From Candidatus Rariloculaceae bacterium (GTDB lineage Bacteria; Pseudomonadota; Gammaproteobacteria; Steroidobacterales; Rariloculaceae), in assembly GCA_965223375.1 (NCBI GenBank), contig OZ245000.1:776939-840938 (forward strand): a DNA stretch of 64,000 bases, given 5' to 3'. The notes beneath the pieces are model-generated. The model worked only from the letters and a program-made list of their open reading frames with translations, ran no database searches and had not been told where the DNA came from. The position numbers and the translations under genes were made by a program. Below, in pieces: positions 1 through 12,193 of the stretch (position 1 is the first letter of the stretch; each line of letters opens with the position of its first letter).

Positions 1-330
1 ATAGAACGCCACGCTCGGCGAACGGCAGGCATTCTCCGGCAGAAGCTCGGCCGTATAGTCGTAGTTGCGAACCTCGGCGAGGGCCCGCTCGCTCAACGTA
101 AGGCCGCCAAACTCGCCGCTCCCGAGCTCCCCGCCTCCGGCGTCGTCGATCAGGATCGCGTCGTCCGGCAGCGCCGCCGCCAGAACGGGATCCATCTGCC
201 CGGGTTCGAAGCGCACCCCCCAGACGCCCGAGAACCCGGTTCCCGGGTTCGGCGGCTGCGCCTGCGAGACGACCGGGACGAGTGCAGCGAGCATCAGGCC
301 GGCAGCCCGGGCCCGGTAAGCGGCCGTCAC
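1..330 (-). CDS. exported hypothetical protein, N-terminal 110 codons (gene runs off the window start)
   Basis: Absent from the ORF track because there is no stop in the window. The reverse-strand frame is open from GTG at 330 to base 1 and reads VTAAYRARAAGLMLAALVPVVSQAQPPNPGTGFSGVWGVRFEPG..., which looks like a signal peptide. It lies 35 nt downstream of the DUF6152 gene on the same strand. Confidence 0.4.
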   Translation of the reverse strand, partial: MTAAYRARAAGLMLAALVPVVSQAQPPNPGTGFSGVWGVRFEPGQMDPVLAAALPDDAILIDDAGGGELGSGEFGGLTLSERALAEVRNYDYTAELLPENACRSPSVAFY

Positions 331-364
331 CGGGGCAGCCCGCCAAATTCCGGCAGCGTGGCCG

Positions 365-781
365 TCAACGCTCGACACCCGCGGCGGGGCGCTGACCGAT
401 GAGCTCCCGGCCATCGGCGAACGCCACGCGGTAGACGCGCATCGACAACGAGCCGTCCCGTGCCGGGAATCCGGTGATCGACACCTCGTCACCGGGCCTG
501 ATGCTGTCCGGCGACCAGCCGCGCCGGCGCAGAATGTTCGGTGAGTTGGTTTCGATGCGCCAGATTTCGGAGCCGTCGCGCGCCGCGCTCGCATCGAGCA
601 CGACCATCCCGTGCGGGTTTCGGAAGCGAAACTCGACGACCGAGCCGGCAACTTCGCGTGTGCGCTCGCCATCGAAGTGCACGGCGAACGAGTGATGTGA
701 CCAGGCGCTGCCGCCTGCGGCCGCGAATGTCAGCGCCACGGCCGTAGCGAAAGATGCCGGGCGACGAGCATGACGGGTCAT
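365..781 (-). CDS. DUF6152-family small periplasmic protein
   Basis: Signal peptide followed by SHHSF..., FRNPHG, WRIE, GW..D..PGD pattern, as I remember it for DUF6152. ATGA overlap (778-781) with the upstream dehydrogenase stop. Confidence 0.65.
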   Translation of the reverse strand: MTRHARRPASFATAVALTFAAAGGSAWSHHSFAVHFDGERTREVAGSVVEFRFRNPHGMVVLDASAARDGSEIWRIETNSPNILRRRGWSPDSIRPGDEVSITGFPARDGSLSMRVYRVAFADGRELIGQRPAAGVER

Positions 782-1869
782 TCGGGCACCTCGCGATCTT
801 TCTGCGGATCCTGTCGGAGTAGCGACCGGCCGCCAAAACGCCGCTGCCAGCGCTCGACGGCTGCCGCATTATAGACATGCTCCGGAATCTCACCCCTCAA
901 CGCAGACAGCACAGCATCGGTTGCCCAGGGCACTGCGGCCTGCAGCGTGCCGCCCTCATTGGCCGCGACCATGTGCGGGCTCAAGAGCACGCGATCGCCG
1001 AAACTTCTTATCCGGCTGGGTGCCGGCAGCGGCTCCTCGGGAAACACGTCGAGCGCGGCAGCAGCGATCCGCCCGGACTCGAGACCGTCGCACAACGCCT
1101 CGAGGTCCACGATCGCGCCCCGAGCGGTATTGATCAGCATCGCGCCCGACTGCATCGCCGCGATCGCCGCGCGATCGAGCAGTCCGCGCGTTTCATCGGT
1201 CAGGCTGCAGTGCAATGTCACGACGTCCGAGCGAGACAGCAAGGACTCGAGCCCGACCCGCTCGACGCCTGAGCTTGCGAACGTCGCGTCGTCCACATAC
1301 GGATCGGTGCCGATCAGTGGGATCTGCCAGGACGACAGCAGCCGCGCGACGCGTCGGCCGATCCGGCCGAGCCCGACGATACCCAGGGTCAGGCCCGGAT
1401 AGCCGTCCTCGCGAGCGCCCAGATAGCGACCTTCGAGCGCAGCCGCGCGCCATCCGCCGTCCCTAACCGCGCGATCGCGAGCTACGAGTTTCTTGGTCAG
1501 CGCGAGCAGGTACGCGATCGTCCCCTCGGCGACACCACCCCAGTTGGCTTCGGTCGGCGAGTGCGTCACGAGAATCCCCCGCGCCGTCGCAGCGTCCAGG
1601 TCGACGTCGTCCGTGCCGATCGTGTACTTGGCGATGAGTCTCAGTCCCGGCCAGCGATTGAGCTCACGGTCCCCGATCGGCGGCCCGGCGTGCGTCGCGC
1701 CGAGCAGCGCATGAATCTCGCCGCCGGGCTCGGGCTGGGATGCGATGCCTCGTCCGTCTCCGACGACGACGCGACATCCTGCGCGGGTGAGGCGCTCGTG
1801 CGAAGCACCGGCCACGTCGACCGGTCGATAGATGAAGACACCGGGTCCGGCATCGTCGCCAGCAGCCAC
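778..1869 (-). CDS. D-isomer-specific 2-hydroxyacid dehydrogenase family, NAD-binding
   Basis: Rossmann motif GIVGLGRIGRRVARLL. Catalytic-region motifs LINTARGAIVD and LSPHMVA. Confidence 0.85.
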   Translation of the reverse strand: MAAGDDAGPGVFIYRPVDVAGASHERLTRAGCRVVVGDGRGIASQPEPGGEIHALLGATHAGPPIGDRELNRWPGLRLIAKYTIGTDDVDLDAATARGILVTHSPTEANWGGVAEGTIAYLLALTKKLVARDRAVRDGGWRAAALEGRYLGAREDGYPGLTLGIVGLGRIGRRVARLLSSWQIPLIGTDPYVDDATFASSGVERVGLESLLSRSDVVTLHCSLTDETRGLLDRAAIAAMQSGAMLINTARGAIVDLEALCDGLESGRIAAAALDVFPEEPLPAPSRIRSFGDRVLLSPHMVAANEGGTLQAAVPWATDAVLSALRGEIPEHVYNAAAVERWQRRFGGRSLLRQDPQKDREVPE

Positions 1870-1872
1870 CGG

Positions 1873-2976
1873 CTAGTCGACCGGGCGGCGGTGCTTGTCG
1901 AGCAGCGCCCGCGCCTCCTCTATCAGCGGACGACCATCGATGCCCTGATTCGCCACCACCGACACCCAGCGCTCGGCAACCGGTTCCTCGGCAAGCGTTC
2001 GGAGTGTTGCCACCTCCTCCGGCGGCAGATAGATGAACTCGTTGCCGTCCTCGAGCGCGGCATCGCGACCCGGCACCTCGGCATCCAGCCATACCTGCCC
2101 GATCCATTCGGCGATATTCGCGCCGGCGTTGGCATCGATCACCGCCTTGAGATCCGCAGGCAGCGCCTCGTAACGGGCACGGTTCATGACGATCATCAGA
2201 ACCTGCCCGTTGAAGCGCTCGGCAATCCCGTCACCGCGAAACACGTTGTAATCGACGAGATCATGGACCTGCAGGCCGTACGCCGCCTCGAAGGGAACGA
2301 GCGTCGCATCGACGATTCCCTTGGACAGCATCTCCGGGATCTTCTGGACCGTCGTTCCCAGCGGGATTGCGCCCCACGCGGCGACCATCCAGCCGGCGAC
2401 GCGGGTCGGAATCCGGATTTTCAGGCCGCTGAAATCATCGGCGCTGCGAATCGGCGCGACTGAATGCACGAGCTGGCCGGCGTGCACGAAAGCCGATATC
2501 ACCTTGTACTCGGCGAATTCCTCCGGATGCCGCTCGATGAATTCCTGCAGGGCGTGATTCGTCGCGATCGGGTCCGCGTTCAGGAACGGCAGCTCGAAGA
2601 CCTCGATTTTGGGGAATCGCCCGGGCGTATAACCGGGCAGCGTCCACGCGATATCGACAATACCCTCGCGAACCTGATCGATCAGCGCCGGCGGCTGACC
2701 GCCCAGATGCATAGCCGGATAGATGTCGATCCGGATTCGGCCACCTGATTCGCGCTCAACCTTCTCGGCCCATGGCACCAGCATCGCAGAATGAGCGATC
2801 GCTACCGGCGGCAGAAGATGGTGCGCTTTCAGCACGATTTCCTGCGCGCCGGTCGGCATGGCGATCAGCGCGGCAAACGCAAGCAGCAACGAAGTGGCGA
2901 AGCGCCCCGCCGGACGGGCGCGCCGACGACCCCTGAACGGGGGGCGCTTCGACAACTGGGGGAGTAAACCGGACAT
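1873..2976 (-). CDS. TRAP-transporter solute-binding protein (DctP family); no DctQ/DctM partner in the window
   Basis: DctP-like sequence throughout. I chose the ATG at 2976, which gives an Arg-rich signal peptide ...RRRARPAGRFATSLLLAFAALIAMPTGAQE. The 51 codons upstream in the track ORF look non-coding. Only 3 nt separate it from the downstream dehydrogenase. Confidence 0.8.
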   Translation of the reverse strand: MSGLLPQLSKRPPFRGRRRARPAGRFATSLLLAFAALIAMPTGAQEIVLKAHHLLPPVAIAHSAMLVPWAEKVERESGGRIRIDIYPAMHLGGQPPALIDQVREGIVDIAWTLPGYTPGRFPKIEVFELPFLNADPIATNHALQEFIERHPEEFAEYKVISAFVHAGQLVHSVAPIRSADDFSGLKIRIPTRVAGWMVAAWGAIPLGTTVQKIPEMLSKGIVDATLVPFEAAYGLQVHDLVDYNVFRGDGIAERFNGQVLMIVMNRARYEALPADLKAVIDANAGANIAEWIGQVWLDAEVPGRDAALEDGNEFIYLPPEEVATLRTLAEEPVAERWVSVVANQGIDGRPLIEEARALLDKHRRPVD

Positions 2977-3152
2977 CGCCCGATCATAGCACCGGGACTG
3001 CCCGTGACGGCCTGAACGGCAGGCCGCAGCCGGCTCGCGTGACCCCGCAATTGCGCGCCTGCGGGGCGATAAGCGATCATATACGGGTCTCACGCGCCGC
3101 GGCGCACGCTGACTCCTGCCATTCTCCATCGGAACCGGACCCAGGCACCAAC

Positions 3153-5207
3153 ATGATGTACAAGCGCGATCTCGTTCTGCTCACCGCCGTGCCCCCGCTC
3201 TTCGCCGTGGCCGGCGCCGTGCAGGCCCAGGACCCCCAGGAGACGGAAGAAGTGGTCGTTACGGCCACCCGCGTGGAGCGTCAGCTGACGGAGATCCCGG
3301 CAGCGGTCAGCATTGTCGGACAGGACGCGATACAGCTCGGACGGCAGCAGCTCGCGCTCGATGAATCGCTGGGACGGGTGCCCGGCGTCTTCATGCAGAA
3401 CCGCTACAACTTCGCGCAGGACCTGCGAATCGCGATCCGCGGCTTCGGCGCGCGGGCCAACTTCGGTATTCGCGGCATCAAGATCCTGGTCGACGGTATC
3501 CCGGAAACGCTCCCGGACGGTCAGGGCTCCGTCGACAGCATCGACATCGGCGCAACGGGACAGATCGAGGTACTGCGGGGGCCGAGCTCGTCGATCTGGG
3601 GTAACGCTTCGGGCGGCGTCATCAATGTCACCTCGGAAAGGGCGCCGCGCGACCCCTATTCCGAAGTCAGGCTGAGCGCCGGCAGCTACGATTTTCGCAA
3701 GCTTCAGTTCAAGACCGGCGCGCAGGGCGACAAGCTCGGCTACCTGTTCAGCGTCTCCGACTCGACACTCGACGGCTATCGGCAGCAGAGCAGAGCGGAA
3801 AACACGCAGCTCACGGGCCGTTTCAACGTCGATCTCGCCGGCGATCGCACGCTCACGGCCGTGCTGAGCTACACCGACCAGCCCATCTCTGACGACCCGG
3901 GCGGCATCAACGCGGCTCAGGCTGCGCTCGATCCGAGATCCGCGCGTGACGCGAACATCGCGTTCGATGCCGGCGAAAGCCTCGAGCAGACCCGGCTTGG
4001 CGTCGTCTTCAGCACGCCGCTCGGCAATGGCGAGCTGAGGGTGCGCAACTACTATGCGTGGCGCGATTTCGAGAATTTCCTGCCGTTTACGGGCGGCGGC
4101 AACGTCGACCTGGATCGTTCGTTCCTCGGCGGCGGCGTCAGCTATTCGTTTGATACGATGTGGGGAGGCCTCCCGAATACGTTGATCGTCGGTATCGACC
4201 ACGACAGGCAGGACGACGACCGTCTGCGCTATGACAACCTCTCCGGGCTTCGTGGCCCGCTCGCCTTCGATCAGAACGAGACCGTTCGCGCAACCGGCAT
4301 CTTCCTGCAGGATCATCTGACGCTGAGCGACACGATTTCGCTGACCTTCGGAATACGGTTCGACGAAGTCGAATTCGACGTGACCGATCGCTTCCTTTCC
4401 GACGGTGACGACTCCGGTGTCGTGAAGCTAGACGACGCGAGCCCGATGGCGGGCGTCAACGTGCAGCTGAGCGACACGCTGAGCCTCTACGGCAACTATT
4501 CGAGCGCGTTCGAAACTCCGACGACGACCGAGTTCAATCGGGCGGACGGGTTGGGCGGCTTCAATGCGGCGCTCGAGCCCCAGGTCGCGCGAAACCTCGA
4601 GGTCGGCCTGCGCGGCACCGCCGGTGAGCGCACGAGCTACGAGGTGGCGGTCTTCAACATCAAGGTCGACGACGAGCTCATCCCGTTCGAGGTCCCGACG
4701 TCTCCGGGCCGGGACTTCTTTGCGAACGCCGGCGAATCCACGCGCAACGGCATCGAGTTCTCACTGACGACAAACCCGACCGACCGGGTCTCGGCGACCG
4801 TCAGCTACACGCACGCCAATTACGAGTTCGATACGTTCGTCGATGACAACGGTAACAACTTTTCCGGCAACACGATTCCCGGCACGGCCGACGATGTGCT
4901 GTTCGGCGAGGTCACCTACTCACATCCGCGCGGGTGGTACGCCGCTGCCGACGTCACTCACATTGGCGAGCAGTATGCGAACAACGCCAATACCGCGACC
5001 AACGACTCCTACACGATCAGCAATCTGCGATTCGGCTGGGAACGTACGAGCGAATCGATGGTGTTGTCGCCGTTCGTTGGCATCAACAACCTGTTCGACG
5101 AGACGTACAGCGCCAACCTGAGAATCAATGCTTTCGGGAGCCGCTTCTTCGAGCCCGGACCCGACCGCAACATCTATGCCGGCGTGACGATCCGCTTCGA
5201 TCGCTGA
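3153..5207 (+). CDS. TonB-dependent outer-membrane receptor
   Basis: Signal peptide MMYKRDLVLLTAVPPLFAVAGAVQA, TonB-box-like EEVVVTATR, plug motifs (IPAAVSIV, IRGFG, GIKILVDGIP) and a long beta-barrel. Start moved to ATG 3153. The C-terminus reads ...GVTIRFDR. Confidence 0.9.
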   Translation: MMYKRDLVLLTAVPPLFAVAGAVQAQDPQETEEVVVTATRVERQLTEIPAAVSIVGQDAIQLGRQQLALDESLGRVPGVFMQNRYNFAQDLRIAIRGFGARANFGIRGIKILVDGIPETLPDGQGSVDSIDIGATGQIEVLRGPSSSIWGNASGGVINVTSERAPRDPYSEVRLSAGSYDFRKLQFKTGAQGDKLGYLFSVSDSTLDGYRQQSRAENTQLTGRFNVDLAGDRTLTAVLSYTDQPISDDPGGINAAQAALDPRSARDANIAFDAGESLEQTRLGVVFSTPLGNGELRVRNYYAWRDFENFLPFTGGGNVDLDRSFLGGGVSYSFDTMWGGLPNTLIVGIDHDRQDDDRLRYDNLSGLRGPLAFDQNETVRATGIFLQDHLTLSDTISLTFGIRFDEVEFDVTDRFLSDGDDSGVVKLDDASPMAGVNVQLSDTLSLYGNYSSAFETPTTTEFNRADGLGGFNAALEPQVARNLEVGLRGTAGERTSYEVAVFNIKVDDELIPFEVPTSPGRDFFANAGESTRNGIEFSLTTNPTDRVSATVSYTHANYEFDTFVDDNGNNFSGNTIPGTADDVLFGEVTYSHPRGWYAAADVTHIGEQYANNANTATNDSYTISNLRFGWERTSESMVLSPFVGINNLFDETYSANLRINAFGSRFFEPGPDRNIYAGVTIRFDR

Positions 5208-5208
5208 G

Positions 5209-5355
5209 GGGGAGAGTTTAGGGACAGAGTTTAGGGACAGTGACCCTAATTCACCGCCTCCGTCATCCGATACGTCGGACCTCGTGAATTAGGGTCACTG
5301 TCCCTAAACTCTGTCCCTAAACTCTCCCCTGAATTAAGGTCACTGTCCCCAAATT

Positions 5356-5368
<13 letters not shown>
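5209..5368. repeat. palindromic extragenic repeat element, copy A
   Basis: Arms at 5209-5254 and 5284-5329 are perfect 46-bp reverse complements (GGGGAGAGTTTAGGGACAGAGTTTAGGGACAGTGACCCTAATTCAC) around a 29-bp spacer. An unpaired extra module follows (GAATTAAGGTCACTGTCCCCAAATTCTACTGTCCCC, 5331-5368). Same unit family as 59332-59527. Lies between the convergent TonB-dependent receptor and cytochrome c genes. Confidence 0.9.
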
Positions 5369-8342
<2,974 letters not shown>

Positions 8343-8343
<1 letters not shown>

Positions 8344-8383
8344 CCCGAAAATCTCACGCGCGTAATCGGTGAGATTTCCGGGC
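8343..8383. terminator. hairpin between convergent folKP and pabB (REP-like; member of the ATCTCACCGATT family)
   Basis: GCCCGAAAATCTCAC (8343-8357) pairs with GTGAGATTTCCGGGC (8369-8383) at 14 of 15 positions, with an 11-nt loop. It starts at the last base of the folKP stop codon. No T-run, so the terminator function is inferred only. Confidence 0.4.
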
Positions 8384-8401
8384 TCCGGTGTGCCGGAACG
8401 C

Positions 8402-9808
8402 TCAGCCCGCGGCCGCAGGCCGAGCCGACGACAGCACGGACAGCATCGCCTCGGCCTTGTCGAAGCTCTCCTGATACTCGGCACTCCTGTCGGAATCGGC
8501 CACGATACCGCCGCCGGCCCAGGCATAGATCGTCGAACCGCGGCGTACGAGCGTTCTGATGGCAATGTTCGTATCCATATTGCCGTCATGGCCGATGTAG
8601 CCGATCGCACCGCAGTAGACGCTGCGGCGGTTGGGCTCGACCGTGTCGATAACCTGCATCGACGCACGCTTCGGCGCGCCGGTAATCGACCCGCCCGGGA
8701 ACGCGGCGCGCAGCATGTCGAGCGCGTCGCAGTCCGGCTTGAGCCGGCCCCGAATCGTGCTGACGAGATGATGCACGCCGGCGAAGCTCTCGATCTCGAA
8801 TAATGGCTCCGCCCGGATGCTGCCGGCCTCACAACACTTGCCGAGATCGTTGCGCAGCAGATCCACGATCATTACGTTCTCGGCGCGGTCTTTCTCGCTC
8901 TCGAGCAGCTCGTTGGCCCGATGTCGATCGACCCAATCGTCCGCGGACCTTCGGCGCGTTCCCTTGATCGGCTTCGTCTCGACCTCGCCGTCCCGGACAC
9001 GCAGGAATCGCTCCGGCGAGGAACAGAGTATCTGCCCGTCTGGAAAATCGAGGTAGGCGGAGAACGGCGCCGGATTCGACTCTCGCAGCGCCAGATAGGC
9101 ATCCCATGAGCCACCCTGCACCGCAGCTTCGAATCGCTGCGTCAGGTTCGCCTGATAGCAGTTGCCGCGGCGAATGTTGTCCTTGATCGTCGCAAAGGCG
9201 ACGGCATAGGCGGCGCGCGGCAGATTCGAGGTCACATCGCCGATGACCTCGAATCGCCGTGGCGGCGGTGTCGCATCGACTTCCCTCAACCTCGCGAGTA
9301 ACTGCTCCGCGAGCGCCGCAGCCGACTCACCGTCGCTGCCTGCGATCCAGCTTCGCTGCGCCTGGTGGTCGATGACGACGCTGGCCTCGTATATGCCGAC
9401 GGCCATCTCCGGCATGCCGACGTCGTCGACTGCCGTACCGTCGATCCGCTCGTAGCGCCGCCCGAGGTCGTAGCCGAAATAGCCGATCGCGCCGCTGCGA
9501 AAGGGCAGATCCGGTTCGGACCCGCGCGGACGAGCCTTCCCGAGCTTGCCGGTGTCGCCGAGCTCGCTCCGAATCAGCGTCAGCGGATCGGCCGTCGAGC
9601 GCTCGCGGCGGCCGTCCCGTCGGACGATTTCGGTCTCGTCGCCGCGCGTGACCAGCGTGACCGTCGGGTCGGCAGCGATAACATCGAACCGTGCCGCAAA
9701 CGGTGACGGGTGACCGCTATCGAGAAACACGGTCCAGGGCAGCCCCCCGAGCGCACGGCAGGCGGCCCCGGGATCGGGCTGGTAGTCGATTTCAGTCAGT
9801 AAAGCCAA
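8402..9808 (-). CDS. pabB: aminodeoxychorismate synthase component I
   Basis: Chorismate-binding motifs PFSAYLDF, SSPERFL, TKPIKGT, DRAENVMIVDLLRND, FPGGSITGAPK, YCGAIGY and IRT. The track ORF extends to a TTG at 9952. I prefer TTG 9808, which places LPWTVFLDSG at about residue 23, as in E. coli PabB. The start is uncertain. Confidence 0.8.
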   Translation of the reverse strand: MALLTEIDYQPDPGAACRALGGLPWTVFLDSGHPSPFAARFDVIAADPTVTLVTRGDETEIVRRDGRRERSTADPLTLIRSELGDTGKLGKARPRGSEPDLPFRSGAIGYFGYDLGRRYERIDGTAVDDVGMPEMAVGIYEASVVIDHQAQRSWIAGSDGESAAALAEQLLARLREVDATPPPRRFEVIGDVTSNLPRAAYAVAFATIKDNIRRGNCYQANLTQRFEAAVQGGSWDAYLALRESNPAPFSAYLDFPDGQILCSSPERFLRVRDGEVETKPIKGTRRRSADDWVDRHRANELLESEKDRAENVMIVDLLRNDLGKCCEAGSIRAEPLFEIESFAGVHHLVSTIRGRLKPDCDALDMLRAAFPGGSITGAPKRASMQVIDTVEPNRRSVYCGAIGYIGHDGNMDTNIAIRTLVRRGSTIYAWAGGGIVADSDRSAEYQESFDKAEAMLSVLSSARPAAAG

Positions 9809-10038
9809 ACGCCGGATCCGCCAATGAGCCTCGTGCAACGGCCCAGCGAACTGCCGGGCCCGGGATCCACGCCAAGTAAGACTTTTGGGGTGCCAATGAC
9901 GGGAAAACGGGCCACCGTCACCGGCGGCCCGTTCCCGGGATGGTCCTGGCAACCCGCCGCCCGAGCGCGATGGATCGCCGAAATTGTCTCAGAGTCGCGG
10001 CCCGCGGCGCCACCGACCGCGGCCGGCGCTCCTCGGGG

Positions 10039-10809
10039 CTACTGCAGGAGCGACTCCAGATCGTCGAGCACTGCATCGTCAGAAACAGCAACGCGGGCTG
10101 ACGGATCCGCTTCGACCAGATCGTTGATCGTGGCGCGAGCGAAGCGGGCCATCTCCTCGTCCGGATTGTTCATCACGTCCTCGTAGCCGCCGAACATCTT
10201 GCCGCGGCGCATGATCGGGAGCGTGACGTAGGCTTCGATATCGGTCGTATTCCGATCGACGAGGCTCACCGACATCATCGTTTGCGCGCCGCCCATGCCC
10301 ATGTTCATGATCTGCACGCCCTTGGCGTTGGCGATGAGCTGCATGCGAACGAACGCAATGGCATCGACGCCGAGCCGGTTGGCAAGCAGGGTCACCGAAT
10401 CGCCCGCGTGGTAACGACGCGACTCGATCTGCTTGCGCAGGCGCCGCGAAACGTTGCCGAGCAGCTCGTCGAACCGACGGTTCGCTTCGATAGCCAGTTC
10501 CTGCAGCTCGGGGTCGGCGTTGATCTCGGCCGCCGTGACCTCGATGACGTTGTAGTTCTTTCCGGCGAGCTCGGTGGCAACCGCGCTCGTGAGATAAGCC
10601 TCGAGCTCACCGGCCTCCTCGACCTGAGCTTCGCGCCGAATCATGCGCTGCTTGACCAGCTCAACCTGCGCCGGCAGCAGTGCAATCGTGACGGGTCGAG
10701 TCTCGCCGCTCTCGAATTCCTCGGTGGCGTGCATCTCTGCAAGTGCCGACGATGCGATCAGCGGCAGCACGACCGCGAAAATGGTTCGATGGATCAGCTC
10801 AGTCTTCAT
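10039..10809 (-). CDS. hypothetical periplasmic protein
   Basis: ATG 10809 gives signal peptide MKTELIHRTIFAVVLPLIASSALA. Overlaps the stop of the upstream M48 peptidase gene by 11 nt. I recognise no motif. Confidence 0.55.
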   Translation of the reverse strand: MKTELIHRTIFAVVLPLIASSALAEMHATEEFESGETRPVTIALLPAQVELVKQRMIRREAQVEEAGELEAYLTSAVATELAGKNYNVIEVTAAEINADPELQELAIEANRRFDELLGNVSRRLRKQIESRRYHAGDSVTLLANRLGVDAIAFVRMQLIANAKGVQIMNMGMGGAQTMMSVSLVDRNTTDIEAYVTLPIMRRGKMFGGYEDVMNNPDEEMARFARATINDLVEADPSARVAVSDDAVLDDLESLLQ

Positions 10810-12103
10810 CCCTGGTCTCCTGTGCGACCAGCTGGTCGCGGATATCGGCCAGTCGGCCCATGATGACGGGGCGGTCATCGGCATCCGGTGCCGACCGCAC
10901 GTAGTCGAGATATGCCTTGCCGGCATCGCGCGGCCGGTCGAGTGCTTCGTACACTTCTCCCAGACCGCGGTTCGCCGGCGCGTAGTCCGGATTCTGCGCG
11001 AGGACGCCGCGATAGATCTCCTCGGCCCGCGCCATGTTCTCGGCAAAGGCCTGCCGGCCCTCCTCGCTTTCCATCAACCGCTCGTGGCGCTCGACCGTCG
11101 TGCGGAAATAGCGCTGCCGCAAATTACGCCTACGATCGCGATTGCTGAGATCCTCCGGCGAAAATTCCGACCGGGGACCGAGCGCTTTCCATGCGTCACC
11201 GAGCAGCACCTGAAACTCGAGATCGTCCGGATACTTCTCGATGAACGCCTCTGCGACGGCGATTGCCGTGTAAGGAAAATCGTCGCTGATGTAGTCGCGT
11301 ACTGTCAGGGCACGGAGCGGATGCACGACGGCATCGTAGGCGTCCGGATCGCGGTCTCGCGCGGGCATTCCGTCGACGATTTCGAGGCTGCGCTCAAGTC
11401 GGTCTTCGGGGTCCGGATGCGTCGTCCAGATCGTGCCGACCCTCGGACGCAACCCCTCGAAATCCTCAGCCAGCAACTCCATCAGCTCCGGCACGGCATG
11501 CGGGTCGTAACCGGCATCGAGCGCCATCGCCGGGGCGCGATCGTCGGACTCCTGCTCGAGATCGCGACTGAACTTGAGCTGTGTGAAAAGCGTGATCGCG
11601 CCGCCGGTGAAGATCATGTCGAGCACCTGGCCCGCGCCAATCCGAAACTGGACGATGCTGTGATGGCCCGCGACGTGAGTAATTTCGTGACCGAGCAATG
11701 CGGCCAGCTGCGACGAATCGTCGAGCCGCGCCAGCATGCCGGTATGCACGTAAATGCGGCCGTTCGGCATCGCGAAGGCATTGGGCGACGGATCGCGAAT
11801 CACGTGAAACTCGTAGCGGAAGTAGTCGTCCGTCGGTGCGGGCGCGAGCGCTTCGCCGGTCGTGCGAACGAGCCCGAGAACGGCCGGTTCGCCGTAGAGC
11901 AGCGACCGGCGTTCGAACTGATCGTGATACTGCCCGGCAGTCTCGATCAGGTCGTGTCTTTCCTTGCCGCGCAGCTCGACGGGCCCGAATTCGCCCTCGT
12001 CGGCCCACACGACAGTCGCAGCGAGAACCGCGGCAGCTAGCGAGCCCCGGCGCCAGATGGATACGGATCGTCGATTCATCCGGCGCAGTGTAGGAAATCG
12101 CAT
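10799..12103 (-). CDS. M48-family zinc metalloprotease with C-terminal TPR region
   Basis: HEITHVAGHH (HExxH) in a peptidase M48 context, a signal peptide (possibly from the second ATG at 12079), and a C-terminal TPR-like region (YRGVLAQNPDYAPANRGLGEVYEAL). Confidence 0.8.
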   Translation of the reverse strand: MRFPTLRRMNRRSVSIWRRGSLAAAVLAATVVWADEGEFGPVELRGKERHDLIETAGQYHDQFERRSLLYGEPAVLGLVRTTGEALAPAPTDDYFRYEFHVIRDPSPNAFAMPNGRIYVHTGMLARLDDSSQLAALLGHEITHVAGHHSIVQFRIGAGQVLDMIFTGGAITLFTQLKFSRDLEQESDDRAPAMALDAGYDPHAVPELMELLAEDFEGLRPRVGTIWTTHPDPEDRLERSLEIVDGMPARDRDPDAYDAVVHPLRALTVRDYISDDFPYTAIAVAEAFIEKYPDDLEFQVLLGDAWKALGPRSEFSPEDLSNRDRRRNLRQRYFRTTVERHERLMESEEGRQAFAENMARAEEIYRGVLAQNPDYAPANRGLGEVYEALDRPRDAGKAYLDYVRSAPDADDRPVIMGRLADIRDQLVAQETRDED

Positions 12104-12193
12104 CGGCCGTTGTGGCTCGACCGGATCACAGTTGCCGCAAGCACAAGCGCGGATGACTGTGAAAACACGAAACGACGCAGAAACCTGGCGGGA

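Noticed and set aside
2977-3152. A Fur box or cobalamin riboswitch upstream of the TonB-dependent receptor.
   Set aside because: GATAAGCGATCATATAC only loosely resembles the 19-bp Fur consensus. I found no B12-box-like core. The evidence is too weak to call.
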